Assembly (NCBI GenBank): GCA_964291315.2
Contig: OZ219753.1
Coordinates: forward strand, 64,001-128,000
Origin: Candidatus Poribacteria bacterium
GTDB lineage: Bacteria > Poribacteria > WGA-4E > WGA-3G
Direction of reading: 5' to 3'
DNA: 64,000 bases
Part shown: positions 38,981-48,973 of the stretch, one piece after another
Position numbering within the stretch: position 1 is the first letter of the stretch
Layout of the letters: every line of letters starts with the position of its first letter
Notes under the pieces: model-generated
Seen by the model: only the letters and a program-made list of their open reading frames with translations
What the model was told of the DNA's origin: nothing
Databases searched by the model: none
Translations under genes and position numbers: made by a program

Positions 38981-39128
38981 TAACGCGATCTTGATAATTA
39001 TTAGGATACAAGAAGAGGCACAGGAAACCAACAGGCTATGCTACAAGAAATGCACAGGCTAACAGCCTATGCTACAGACAGGTTATGCTACAAAATAACC
39101 TGCTCAATCTTTTTTCAAACTTACGTTC
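38981..39128. mobile_element. ~148-bp MITE-like element with tandem REP units
   Basis: Left TAACGCGATCTTGATAATT, right TTTCAAACTTACGTT; three TATGCTAC units, including GCACAGGCTAACAGCCTATGCTAC (39052-39075). Confidence 0.6.
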
Positions 39129-39157
39129 ACTACACTTTCCACCAAAGGAGAAACATT

Positions 39158-42100
39158 ATGAAAACAGCGAGAGGAATCTATAGACTCTTTTGCATACTAA
39201 CGATTTTAGGGTTTGTGTTTACAAGTTGGACGACGGCACACGCGCAACAAAACAGTGCTCAAAAAGCGTTCCTCGTCCTTGAACAGAACTGCCTCAATTG
39301 CCATGGAAAACATGGCTCCTTTACCGAAAATCTCATCATTGACGAAGACGGTCCCGCCAGTCTCATTGAAAGCGGTGCCGTTGTGCCCGGGGTCCCGCTC
39401 GTCTCTAAACTCTATACGCGGTTGACTACGAAAAACCTCGCAAAACGGATGCCTCTCGGACAACCGCAACTCGACGAGGCCTCCATCCGCGCGATCGGCG
39501 ATTGGATCTTACAGGGTGCCCCTAATTGGGTGGTCGAGCACGATGTAACCTTCATCAACACAAGCAAGATACTTACGGTGATGCAACAACACCTTCAGAC
39601 GCTCGATCCGTTCGACCGACCTTACGCTCGCTATTTCACGATGACGCACCTCTACAATGCTGCGGAAACGGGGGAAGCACTCAATGCCTACAAAGTTGCC
39701 CTCGCAAAACTGGTCAATAGTCTCTCGTGGGGGTTTGATATACACAACCCGCAACCCGTTGATGCCGCCGAGACGGTGTTCTACATCGACGTGCGTAACT
39801 ACGAATGGGACAAACAAGATGCATGGTCCCAAATTGAAGATGCGTATCCGTACGGCATGGAATTCGAGGGTAAACCTCAATTACAGGCGAAGCTCACGAG
39901 ACTCCGTCGGCTGACGAAAACGCAGTTGCCTTACGTCTACGCCGATTGGTTTCTGGCAACCGCTGTGCTTCCAACGCTTTATCACGACATCCTCGACCTG
40001 CCGGGGACAGACCGGGAATTGGAACGCAAGCTGGACGTAGAAGTTCAGCGTAACCTCCAGACTGCGCCGGGCGTGCGCGTCTGGCGTGCGGGTATGAATG
40101 ACTCGGGTGTCTCCAATCATAACCGCGTTGTGGAGCGCCACACGTCCCGATACGGTGCGTATTGGAAGAGCTACGACTTTGCAGGTAGCACGGGAGCACA
40201 GAACGTTTTCACGCATCCGTTGTCTTTCCAACAAGACGGTGGCGAAGTGGTGTTCAATCTGCCGAACGGTCTGCAGGCGTACTATATCTCGGATGCGACA
40301 GGCAATCGGCTGGATGATGCCCCGACGAACATCGTATCCAATCCAGCAGCGGATGATCCCGTCGTTCGCAACGGTTTATCCTGTTTCGGCTGCCACACAG
40401 AAGGAGTGAAACGGTTTGAAGATGAAGTGCGCGCAGTTGTTAGACAAACTAAGAACCCAGCGTTTGATAAGGCGCAGGCAGTGCGGCTTTATGTGGCGCA
40501 AGCCGTGATGGATCGTCTCTTAGATGAGGACACGGCGCGCTACAAGGCTGCGTTGGAAAAGACGGGCGGCGTTTTCGGCGGCATTGAACCGGTGCATCGC
40601 TTCTACGAGGCGTATCAGGGCGACGTAGATGGTGCATATGCAGCCGCATCGGTCGGTTTGGAGAGGAAGACGTTCCTATCCAAGATCCGTGAGAAGTCTA
40701 GTCTACAACGTCTCGGTTTAACGCCTTTCCTAAATGGTAAGAACGTAAAGCGCGATGTGTGGACCTCACGGTTTCCAACTGTGGTTTCAGCGTTGCATTC
40801 ACCAGAGCGAGAACCTGAACCAGTTGATCCTGATCCGGTACGACCCAATCCGGTCGCTGGTGACGGAGTCTACATTCCGGACGCGAACCTCCGGACAGCG
40901 ATTGTGGAAGCCCTCCGTCTAGCGCCAAACGAGTCAATTACTGTGGAAGCTATGAAACGTTTGACGCATTTGGTCGCCGATCGTAAAGGCATCCGTGACC
41001 TAACGGGGCTAGAGCAGGCGATAAACTTGGAGCGGATAGAGCTCCGTCACAACGCCGTCTCCGACTTGACCCCGCTGGCTGAATTGCGCAACTTGAACAA
41101 CATTAAATTGCGGGACAATGCCATCACCGATGTATCGCCTCTTTCGAACCTGATCAATGTAGATTGGATGGGGCTTGAGGAGAATGACATCTCCGATGTG
41201 TCGCCGCTAAGCGGACTCGTCAAATTGAACGGGATAGGCATTTCAGGAAACCCCGTCACGGACGTGTCATCTCTCGCCGGTTTAACCAGCTTAGAAGGGA
41301 TAGATGCATGGAACACGCGTATCTCGGATTTTTCCGCGTTAGCCAAGTTACCGAGGCTGAGCTGGATAGAAATGGGAAACGAAGCCTCTATCTCCGCTGT
41401 TCCCTCTCTAACGGGTTTAAAAGCACTGAAACGGCTTATACTTAACAACTGCAGTATCAGGGATGTGTCTGGGTTGGCGGGACTCCCGCGACTTGAATGG
41501 TTGGAACTCGTTAATAACGCAATCACAGATATTTCTGCGTTGCGCTCTCTAACCAGTTTGCGGACATTGAATCTGGATGCGAACGCCATATCAGATGTTT
41601 CGCCCCTCGCAGGATTAACGAACTTAGAGGTGTTGTACCTTGAGAACAACGTCATTTCAGATGTTTCGCCCCTCGCAGGATTAACAAAGTTGCAACGACT
41701 TAGATTGCAGTCCAATCCCAATCTCAGGGGGTTGTCTGCCTTGGCAAAACTCACGCGGCTCGAATGGCTAGACTTGGTGAATACCGACATACAAGATATT
41801 TCTGCGTTGCGCTCTCTAACCGGTTTGCAAACATTGCTCCTGCAAGCGAATGCCATATCAGATGTTTCGCCCCTCGCAGGATTAACCGGTTTAAAGGCGT
41901 TGTACCTTGAAGAAAACGATATATCAGATGTTTCGCCCCTTGCGGGGCTAAAAAACTTGGAGCAACTTGACTTGCGGGACAACGATATATCAGATGTTTC
42001 GCCTCTTGCAGGATTAACAAACTTGAAGCGACTTGACTTGCGGAAAAACGATATAGAAGACTTTTCGCCTTTAGACGCACTCCGGTCTCAAACTTTTATC

Positions 42101-43009
42101 CAGATGCTACACACCTCTGTGGAGGGCTTGCCACCTATGACAGGGCCATGGCTCTGGATGATCGTCCCCACGCTCGATGCTTGGGGCAGCGATGCGGCAC
42201 ATTCCGGCAAGGATTACCTTGCAGCGGCCAGCGGTGGAAAAGTAACGGAGCTCAAAATCGCCAATAACGGCGCAACGGAAGGGAGCCCGGTCGGAGATAA
42301 GGTCTGGACAGTAGGCGAATTATCCCCCACCGGCGGTGACAATCTCAACGAGATGGCGAACGCCACCGGCTTGGGCTCCGGCCGTATAGACACTCACGTC
42401 GCCTACGGTTCGCTCACCTTGAAATCACCGAGAGTACAAAAGACGACCATGCTCGTCGGCAGCGACGATTCCGTGAAAGTCTGGCTCAACGGGACGCTCG
42501 TTCACAACCATGCTGTGATCCGAGGAGCGGATGATTACCAAGAACAGTTCTCCGTTACGTTGAGACAGGGCTACAACATTTTATTGGTTGCTGTCTACGA
42601 AGCTCATGGAGGATGGAGCGGGTTTTTCGGGTTCGCCCGTGGCACCGACTATGAGGTGATTCCCCCCGGCACTGTGAGGGTTGCGGGTAATGGCCCCATT
42701 CGCCCTGTCTTGCCTGAAGAGACAGTCCTCCTCCACAACTACCCGAACCCGTTCAATCCGGAGACGTGGATACCGTATCAACTTTCGGAAGCTGCGGAGG
42801 TGACGGTGCGTATCTACGCAGCCAACGGGGCGTTGGTGCGGACGTTGGATGTTGGGCATCAACCCGCAGGTCGCTACAACACCCGGACTCGTGCTGTGCA
42901 TTGGGATGGCAAAAATGAGGTGGGTGAGTCTGTTGCGAGCGGGATCTATTTCTATACGTTCACCGCACGCAACTTCACGGCTACACGGAAGATGCTCATC
43001 CGGAAATAG
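39158..43009 (+). CDS. Secreted di-heme cytochrome c domain + internalin-like LRR + beta-sandwich + FlgD/T9SS-like C-terminal domain
   Basis: RBS AAGGAG; signal peptide; CLNCH...RMP and CFGCH; about 17 LRRs of ~22 aa (LxxLxLxxNxISDVSPL); GSDDSVKVWLNG; NYPNPFNPETWIPY...RKMLIRK. Confidence 0.88.
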   Translation: MKTARGIYRLFCILTILGFVFTSWTTAHAQQNSAQKAFLVLEQNCLNCHGKHGSFTENLIIDEDGPASLIESGAVVPGVPLVSKLYTRLTTKNLAKRMPLGQPQLDEASIRAIGDWILQGAPNWVVEHDVTFINTSKILTVMQQHLQTLDPFDRPYARYFTMTHLYNAAETGEALNAYKVALAKLVNSLSWGFDIHNPQPVDAAETVFYIDVRNYEWDKQDAWSQIEDAYPYGMEFEGKPQLQAKLTRLRRLTKTQLPYVYADWFLATAVLPTLYHDILDLPGTDRELERKLDVEVQRNLQTAPGVRVWRAGMNDSGVSNHNRVVERHTSRYGAYWKSYDFAGSTGAQNVFTHPLSFQQDGGEVVFNLPNGLQAYYISDATGNRLDDAPTNIVSNPAADDPVVRNGLSCFGCHTEGVKRFEDEVRAVVRQTKNPAFDKAQAVRLYVAQAVMDRLLDEDTARYKAALEKTGGVFGGIEPVHRFYEAYQGDVDGAYAAASVGLERKTFLSKIREKSSLQRLGLTPFLNGKNVKRDVWTSRFPTVVSALHSPEREPEPVDPDPVRPNPVAGDGVYIPDANLRTAIVEALRLAPNESITVEAMKRLTHLVADRKGIRDLTGLEQAINLERIELRHNAVSDLTPLAELRNLNNIKLRDNAITDVSPLSNLINVDWMGLEENDISDVSPLSGLVKLNGIGISGNPVTDVSSLAGLTSLEGIDAWNTRISDFSALAKLPRLSWIEMGNEASISAVPSLTGLKALKRLILNNCSIRDVSGLAGLPRLEWLELVNNAITDISALRSLTSLRTLNLDANAISDVSPLAGLTNLEVLYLENNVISDVSPLAGLTKLQRLRLQSNPNLRGLSALAKLTRLEWLDLVNTDIQDISALRSLTGLQTLLLQANAISDVSPLAGLTGLKALYLEENDISDVSPLAGLKNLEQLDLRDNDISDVSPLAGLTNLKRLDLRKNDIEDFSPLDALRSQTFIQMLHTSVEGLPPMTGPWLWMIVPTLDAWGSDAAHSGKDYLAAASGGKVTELKIANNGATEGSPVGDKVWTVGELSPTGGDNLNEMANATGLGSGRIDTHVAYGSLTLKSPRVQKTTMLVGSDDSVKVWLNGTLVHNHAVIRGADDYQEQFSVTLRQGYNILLVAVYEAHGGWSGFFGFARGTDYEVIPPGTVRVAGNGPIRPVLPEETVLLHNYPNPFNPETWIPYQLSEAAEVTVRIYAANGALVRTLDVGHQPAGRYNTRTRAVHWDGKNEVGESVASGIYFYTFTARNFTATRKMLIRK
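41480..42020 (+). repeat. Nucleotide-level tandem LRR repeats (66-bp unit; 267-bp block duplication)
   Basis: atWtcagatgtttcgccYct recurs at 41588, 41654, 41855, 41921 and 41987. Confidence 0.8.
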
Positions 43010-43276
43010 ACACGGACTATAATACTGGCGCGAGGTTGCTCTAAGAGGTGGTCAGAGCCGTTATGAGGTCGGAAGGCGCTAACGCTCTGATTTTAACCAC
43101 TTCTGCACCCGCGCCAGTTTTTCTGTCACAAAACCGGCATGCACCGATACCCACGGTAGGCATATGGAGAGGCTCTGAACTCAAAAAAGGGAGTTATTTG
43201 ACTCTAATTTTGTCGTGTGTTATACTTCAAAGGAGGCATATACTTAATCTGTAGACGTGGACTGTGAGGAGCGTAG

Positions 43277-44125
43277 ATGCTTAAGATCATTGATACACAC
43301 CAACACCTTTGGGATACTGGGAACTTGGATTATCCGTGGCTGGAAGGGTTTGATCGATTAAAAAAACGGTATACGCTGCAAGACTATCGTGAGGCGGTTG
43401 CGGGTATTAACGTCGTGAAGTCGGTTCACGTTGAAGCGGATCCGGCTGAGACGGATGTCGTCAAGGAGGTTAAATGGTTAACAGGTCTCTCAGAGCCAGA
43501 CGGCATGATAGGGGCGATAGCGGCGGCAGCGCCGCTGGAAAAGGTTAACGTTGAATCTGTGCTTGAGGAATTGGTTGAATTTCCGCTTGTGGTGGCTGTT
43601 CGCCGGATGGCGTGGCATCATCCCGACCCGCAGTTTTATGCGATGCCTGAGTTGATTAATGGCGTAAGGTTATTGGAGAAGTTCAATCTTTCTTTTGAGC
43701 TTTGTGCGAATCAGGAGCAGCTGCCTGCGGCGATCACGTTGGTGAAGGCAACCCCCGGGGTCCGCCACGCCCTCAATCACTGTGGAGGCCCGGATATAAA
43801 AGGGGGGCAATTTGAGTCTTGGGCGGCCCATATAGCGGAACTTGCCTCTTTCGAGAACGTCTACTGCAAGGTATCGGGGATTGTAACGGCCGCAGGCGAC
43901 AGCTGGACGCGTGAAGCCCTTAAGCCGTATATCCAACGTCTCGTCGAGCTCTTTGGTTATGAACGTTTGATATTTGGGAGTGATTGGCCCGTGTGTAATT
44001 TAGCGGCTACCTATCAGGACTGGTTAGCGGCGCTTTTATGGGCTGTTGATGATGCTTCAGATGCGGAGAGAAACAGGTTGTTCTATGAAAATGCTGTGAA
44101 ATTCTATTCACTCTCTATTCTGTGA
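43277..44125 (+). CDS. Amidohydrolase_2 family (L-fucono-lactonase-like)
   Basis: IIDTHQHLWD, NHCG, CKVSG, FGSDWPV motifs. Confidence 0.88.
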   Translation: MLKIIDTHQHLWDTGNLDYPWLEGFDRLKKRYTLQDYREAVAGINVVKSVHVEADPAETDVVKEVKWLTGLSEPDGMIGAIAAAAPLEKVNVESVLEELVEFPLVVAVRRMAWHHPDPQFYAMPELINGVRLLEKFNLSFELCANQEQLPAAITLVKATPGVRHALNHCGGPDIKGGQFESWAAHIAELASFENVYCKVSGIVTAAGDSWTREALKPYIQRLVELFGYERLIFGSDWPVCNLAATYQDWLAALLWAVDDASDAERNRLFYENAVKFYSLSIL

Positions 44126-44128
44126 CAT

Positions 44129-44157
44129 TTGACTTTTTAACGTATCTGTGCTATAAT
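44129..44157 (+). promoter_or_regulatory. sigma70 promoter of the cys operon
   Basis: TTGACT-N17-TATAAT with TGn extension. Confidence 0.6.
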
Positions 44158-44222
44158 TAATCAAGCTGAGTCAACAACCGTTTTGATCATAGCAATAAGT
44201 GTCCCGTGATCCTGCTGAGCAG

Positions 44223-45173
44223 ATGAGAATAGCCAAAAACCTGACAGACCTCATCGGTAATACGCCAATGATTCGTCTGAACGCCTTGCCTGGTAAAGAC
44301 GATGCAACTATTTTCGCGAAGCTGGAATCTTACAACCCCGGTGGTAGCATAAAGGATCGGATTAGTTATGCGATGGTAGTTGATGCGGAAGAGCGCGGCA
44401 TTCTCAGAAGTGGGGATACGATCGTTGAACCTACGGCTGGCAACACGGGTTTGGGTCTCTCTATTGTCGGGATTGCGCGGGGTTACTCTGTAATTTTGAC
44501 GATGCCTGAAAATGTGAGTCGTGAAAAATATGAGCTGCTGTCTGCGTTCGGTGCGAAGATTGTGTTAACGCCTGAGCACGGCGGCATGGCAAGTGCGATT
44601 TGGGAGGCGGAAGAGATTGTCAGGCGGCATCCGAAACACTATATGCCGAACCAGTTCACGAATCTGGCGAACCCGGAGATTCACCGCCGGACCACCGCTG
44701 TCGAGATTCTTAAAGCCGTTGGCAGTGATATCGATTTTTTTGTTACAGGAGTTGGAACAGGAGGCACCTTGACAGGCGTTGGCGAAGTATTAAAAACAGA
44801 GTGTCCGAATGTGAAAGTGATTGCCGTGGAACCTCAGGTTTCAGCGGTGCTCTCTGGAGGTCCCCCCGGACCGACCCGGATTGATGGCCTCGGGGCGGGG
44901 ATGATTCCTGAAGTCCTGAACGTAGATGTGATTGATGAAGTTATTGCGGTTTCTGAAGAAGTGGCATACCAAACCATGAAGTCCATTTCAACAACCGAAG
45001 GGTTATTGGTCGGTATGTCGTCTGGCGCGAGTGTGTATGCAGCATTACAGGTTGCCAAGCAGCACGGTTCCGATAAAACGGTTGTGACGATTCTGCCGGA
45101 CACGGGCGAGCGTTATTTCAGCTTAAATCGTTATTTTGAAGTCGAATCGGACGTTATGGAGATGCTACCATAA
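44223..45173 (+). CDS. cysK: Cysteine synthase (PLP-dependent)
   Basis: IGNTP, NPGGSIKDR, GNTG, GVGTGGT, PDTGERY. Confidence 0.9.
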   Translation: MRIAKNLTDLIGNTPMIRLNALPGKDDATIFAKLESYNPGGSIKDRISYAMVVDAEERGILRSGDTIVEPTAGNTGLGLSIVGIARGYSVILTMPENVSREKYELLSAFGAKIVLTPEHGGMASAIWEAEEIVRRHPKHYMPNQFTNLANPEIHRRTTAVEILKAVGSDIDFFVTGVGTGGTLTGVGEVLKTECPNVKVIAVEPQVSAVLSGGPPGPTRIDGLGAGMIPEVLNVDVIDEVIAVSEEVAYQTMKSISTTEGLLVGMSSGASVYAALQVAKQHGSDKTVVTILPDTGERYFSLNRYFEVESDVMEMLP

Positions 45174-45225
45174 CCTTATCAAGGCCCTGCCTTTAGACGA
45201 GGGATAGTATTAAAAGGCGTTATCA

Positions 45226-45999
45226 ATGACCGAGAACCCAACTAATGAACGCTTGAACCAGTCGGTAGACAATCTGCTCTGCCAAGAAATAGCGTTGACA
45301 GAGACTCCCCAAGAAATCCTTTTTTCTCTCTTTAAACGGTTCAAAGGCCGCGCTGCAATCGTCACGAGCGGGCAGCTGTCAGGTATGGTTTTGATTCACT
45401 TGGCGGCTGAAAATCAGCTGCCTTTCCGGGTTTGCACGCTCGATACCCTGCGCCTCTTGCCAGAAACGTACGCCTTCCTTGATAAAGTAGAAGCGCGCTA
45501 CGGCATTCAGATTGAGCGGATTCAGCCCGACCCACAAGAAATCCGACAAATGATTGCAGAGCACGGTGAGTATCTGTTTTTTGACAGCAAGGCTAAACAG
45601 GAATACTGCTGTAATATCAGGAAGGTGCGTCCCATGCAACGACTCTTGGAGACGCTGGACGTTTGGATAACGGGTTTGCGCCGCGACCAGTCCGATGCCA
45701 GAAAACAACTCCGTAAGGCGGAGATCGTATCATCGGCGGCCCACCCTGTGCTGAAAGTTAATCCACTTCTTCAGTGGACTATTGATGACATATGGCAGTT
45801 TGTTCGTGACAACGATGTTCCTGTAAATCCACTGCTTGAAACTGATGCGGATGGACACTATTATGAATCGATCGGTTGTGTTATCTGCACAACGCCGATC
45901 AAACCTGGGGAACCCAAACGCGCAGGCCGGTGGCGTTGGCAAAACGCTGCTCCGGCTGCGGAAAATACTAAAGAGTGTGGGTTGCATTTCTCGATTTAA
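45226..45999 (+). CDS. cysH: APS/PAPS reductase (4Fe-4S, APS-type)
   Basis: LDT, CCNIRKV, TGLRRDQ, SIGCVICT, RAGRW, ECGLH. Confidence 0.92.
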   Translation: MTENPTNERLNQSVDNLLCQEIALTETPQEILFSLFKRFKGRAAIVTSGQLSGMVLIHLAAENQLPFRVCTLDTLRLLPETYAFLDKVEARYGIQIERIQPDPQEIRQMIAEHGEYLFFDSKAKQEYCCNIRKVRPMQRLLETLDVWITGLRRDQSDARKQLRKAEIVSSAAHPVLKVNPLLQWTIDDIWQFVRDNDVPVNPLLETDADGHYYESIGCVICTTPIKPGEPKRAGRWRWQNAAPAAENTKECGLHFSI

Positions 46000-46132
46000 T
46001 GAAAAGATTCAGTCATGCTGCTGTGGTTTTTAATCGCGCGTATACTTTAATCTACGAAGTAAGACGAAGAATCTTGATGTTCGCAACAATACGTTTAATA
46101 CAAATAATACAAAAAAGGGGGAGATTTATTCC

Positions 46133-46420
46133 ATGTCTGTAACAGTTCGCATTCCAACGCCGCTGAGACGCTTGACGCAAAACTTAGCAGAAGTTGAGAT
46201 GGAAGGTACCAATATTGAGGGAATTATTGACAATCTTGAGGCGAGTTATCCGGGAATGAAAGAGCGTCTCTGTGATGAAGGCGGCAATATCCGTCGGTTT
46301 GTCAATATTTATCTGAACGATGAAGATATCCGCTTTCTTGATGGAAAGGCCACGGTTGTCGCAGATGGTGCTGAAATTTCAATTATTCCCGCGATTGCTG
46401 GTGGAAGCCACCTGTCGTAA
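46133..46420 (+). CDS. MoaD/ThiS/CysO-like sulfur carrier with a capped C-terminus (GG-SHLS)
   Basis: VRIPTPLR, FVNIYLNDEDIRFL, IIPAIAGG followed by SHLS. Confidence 0.9.
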   Translation: MSVTVRIPTPLRRLTQNLAEVEMEGTNIEGIIDNLEASYPGMKERLCDEGGNIRRFVNIYLNDEDIRFLDGKATVVADGAEISIIPAIAGGSHLS

Positions 46421-46494
46421 TGGTTGTTGGGTGTTATTTGTCGGTGGAACGGCTATCGGCAATTAGCGATTTACTGACGGCTGGTGGTTATTCA

Positions 46495-46953
46495 ATGTTA
46501 GCTTTGCAACGTGAAACCCTCACCCATATTTATGCGCATGCAAAATCGGAATTCCCTGATGAATGCTGTGGTGCGATTTTGAGTGACGGAACGCGTGAAT
46601 TTGTCTGGAAATGCCGGAATATACAGAACGAACTCCATCAGAAAGATCCTGATACTTATCCGCGGAACGCGCGCACGGCGTACGTCATACACCCTGATGA
46701 TTTAATTGCTCTTCATAAAGAGACAGAGACTAAGGATCTGCAGATTAAGGTGTTTTATCACTCACACCCGAATCATGAGGCCTACTTTTCTAAAAAGGAC
46801 AGAGGCGACGCGATGATGTGGGGGGAACCGGCCTATCCGGATACTACGTATCTGGTTATCTCCGTTTATAATGCTGAGATACGAGCCGTGAGGGCTTTCG
46901 CCTGGGGTGAAGAAACCAGAGATTTTTTTGAAGTGCCCCTTGCAAAAACTTAA
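46495..46953 (+). CDS. JAB/MPN+ (M67, Mec-like) metallopeptidase
   Basis: PDECCG and YHSHP..AYFSKKD JAMM motif. Confidence 0.9.
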   Translation: MLALQRETLTHIYAHAKSEFPDECCGAILSDGTREFVWKCRNIQNELHQKDPDTYPRNARTAYVIHPDDLIALHKETETKDLQIKVFYHSHPNHEAYFSKKDRGDAMMWGEPAYPDTTYLVISVYNAEIRAVRAFAWGEETRDFFEVPLAKT

Positions 46954-47187
46954 TAGCAAACGTCTGCTAAATAGGCCAAAACGCTACTTGTATTTTCCAA
47001 AACGGACGGGTGGTTTGATTCTGTTGAGCATCGGTGCCTACTAATTCGTGCGTATTTACGAGCGAACTACAAGCTTGCTGTAAATATTAATAACACTGAA
47101 ATCCTATGTGCTAGTGCTCTTGTGAATTGCGAAAAATCAGTAGAAGCGGCTTTCAGTTTTGAGAAAAAACGTTTCCTATCAAGTCTT

Positions 47188-48270
47188 TCATTGCTGAAGG
47201 CTAAAGTCGTTCTGCTGTTTGATAAAAATGCGGTAGATATCCTCAAAAAGTCTGACATCCGTGAGCGTGTCTTCGGCTGAGGAGCGAAAAGGTTCATCGT
47301 TGCGGAGATTCGCAATAAAGTATTCCGCTTCTCTATGATATGCCCAGGTCCAGCTTGGTCTGGGAATCGGATGGGTGATTTCTTGTTCTTCTCCGGCGCG
47401 ATAGATTTCGACCTCTGCTGGGGTATTTTTGAGGAGCAAAGGCGGTGCCCAGGTATGCACCCACCCATTTTCAAAATAGATTTGACTGTGCTCATCCCAC
47501 CGGTAGTGAGAAACATGCCCTGTTTCTAACGTCACACGGATACCGTCCATATCGAAGATAACGATGCCAGAATATCCGTTCTGGTCTAAATCGACTGCTT
47601 TGACGGTGACCTTGTCTCCGGCATCGAGAAACCAACGCATGAGATTGATATTGTGTGTGTATTGCTGTAGATATCCGATGTATGAATCGCGCCAGCGTTC
47701 AGGTATCCATTTTGGGGTTTTGGCAGGGGCGGCGGGTTTATCTTCGGTAGTATTGTCCATAGGAGTGTCGAGGTTGCAGACCCAGTTGCCCCCGAATCCG
47801 TGATTTCTGGCGTACGTCAAACGCCCGAGTTCGCCGGTTTCTCGAAATTGCGCGATTTTTGCCTTGGCGATTTCGTTACCGGCATCGTATCGTTTCATAT
47901 AGCCTACCATTAGTTTTTTGCCGGACGTTTTAGCTGCTGCTACGATGGTTTCTGCTTGTTCGACTGAGACAGCCATGGGTTTCTCCATGAAGACGTGCTT
48001 CCCTGCGAGCAGCAGGTCTTTTGCGATTTCGCCTTGTAAAGCGAAGTCTGCGGATACAGCTACCGCCTCAATATCGGTGTTTTGTGCAAGTTCGTTGTGG
48101 TCTCGATAGCGTTTGGGGATACCGAAGCGGTTTTGTACTTTTTGCCCGAGTTCAGATCGTACTTCGGCGAGCCCGATGAGCTCACAGTCTGGAATGCTCA
48201 CAAAATTTGGGATGTGGACCTTCTGTGCCATGAATCCACATCCGATATAACCGAGTCGAATTTTTCCCAT
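47188..48270 (-). CDS. Gfo/Idh/MocA oxidoreductase
   Basis: GCGFMA, EKP, VGYMKRY. Confidence 0.9.
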   Translation of the reverse strand: MGKIRLGYIGCGFMAQKVHIPNFVSIPDCELIGLAEVRSELGQKVQNRFGIPKRYRDHNELAQNTDIEAVAVSADFALQGEIAKDLLLAGKHVFMEKPMAVSVEQAETIVAAAKTSGKKLMVGYMKRYDAGNEIAKAKIAQFRETGELGRLTYARNHGFGGNWVCNLDTPMDNTTEDKPAAPAKTPKWIPERWRDSYIGYLQQYTHNINLMRWFLDAGDKVTVKAVDLDQNGYSGIVIFDMDGIRVTLETGHVSHYRWDEHSQIYFENGWVHTWAPPLLLKNTPAEVEIYRAGEEQEITHPIPRPSWTWAYHREAEYFIANLRNDEPFRSSAEDTLTDVRLFEDIYRIFIKQQNDFSLQQ

Positions 48271-48421
48271 TTTTTTATAGGTTGCCCCTTCTGGGTTCCA
48301 CGCTCCATATCTGCTGAGGGTTCTTTTTCTTCAATCTTGGTTCAATCAGCGGAGAAGATAGCACTACTCAATAGGCGGCGCGATACCTCTATCGCTGATG
48401 TCGGAAATTAAGTACCGGTAA

Positions 48422-48859
48422 CTATAAGAGGCGGTGCGATTCTATCTGTTCGACGGCTGTTTTTGCTCCCTCCCGGACGAGCGCTGAGACATCGTCTCGG
48501 GCGAGTTGTTTGAGTTTACCGAGGCTGATATTCGCTGCCAATTTGCCGAGGGCGACGGCGACGAAATAACGGACATCGGCATCCTCGTCGTCTAGTGCCT
48601 CTAGCAGTACTTTTGCATCGTTCTCGGTGGCGAAGTGTCGGTCTGTGTCGCCAATATTAATCAGTGCTTGCGCGGCGATCCGGCGCGAGTGAAGGTCGCC
48701 GTGACGAAGAGAAACAAGGACTTCGTCATGGTTTCCATTAGGAATAACTGGCAGGTTGTCCCAGTCGCAATCCAAGCAGAACCATGAATTTTCATTTAAC
48801 CGTCGGAGATTCATGTTTTCGCAAGCTGGACATTTCCCAAATTCCTGTTTCTGGCTCAT
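48422..48859 (-). CDS. Zn-ribbon + HEAT-repeat protein
   Basis: CPAC...CLDC N-terminus; LDDEDADVRYFVAVALG HEAT repeats. Confidence 0.75.
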   Translation of the reverse strand: MSQKQEFGKCPACENMNLRRLNENSWFCLDCDWDNLPVIPNGNHDEVLVSLRHGDLHSRRIAAQALINIGDTDRHFATENDAKVLLEALDDEDADVRYFVAVALGKLAANISLGKLKQLARDDVSALVREGAKTAVEQIESHRLL

Positions 48860-48973
48860 GATTTTATCCTTTGTGCTTCTGAGACAGGCCGTGGTAGGTG
48901 TGGCATCAGTTTGTGGTTTATCAGTTTCTCACTGTGATTGTTAAATATAAGAGAGAAGAGGTGTTTTCCGAAA

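Noticed and set aside
39018-39092. Three TATGCTACA repeats resembling a mini CRISPR array
   Set aside because: Irregular short spacing, units match the REP family, and no cas genes are present.
39038-39157. Extended N-terminus of the LRR gene in the ORF track
   Set aside because: It lies inside the MITE/REP element; the RBS and signal peptide support ATG 39158.
41047-41982. 311-aa repetitive minus-strand ORF
   Set aside because: Mirror of the LRR repeats on the coding strand.
41480-42020. LRR near-duplicates as a DGR template/variable repeat pair
   Set aside because: Both copies are in frame in one gene, differences are not adenine-specific, and there is no reverse transcriptase.
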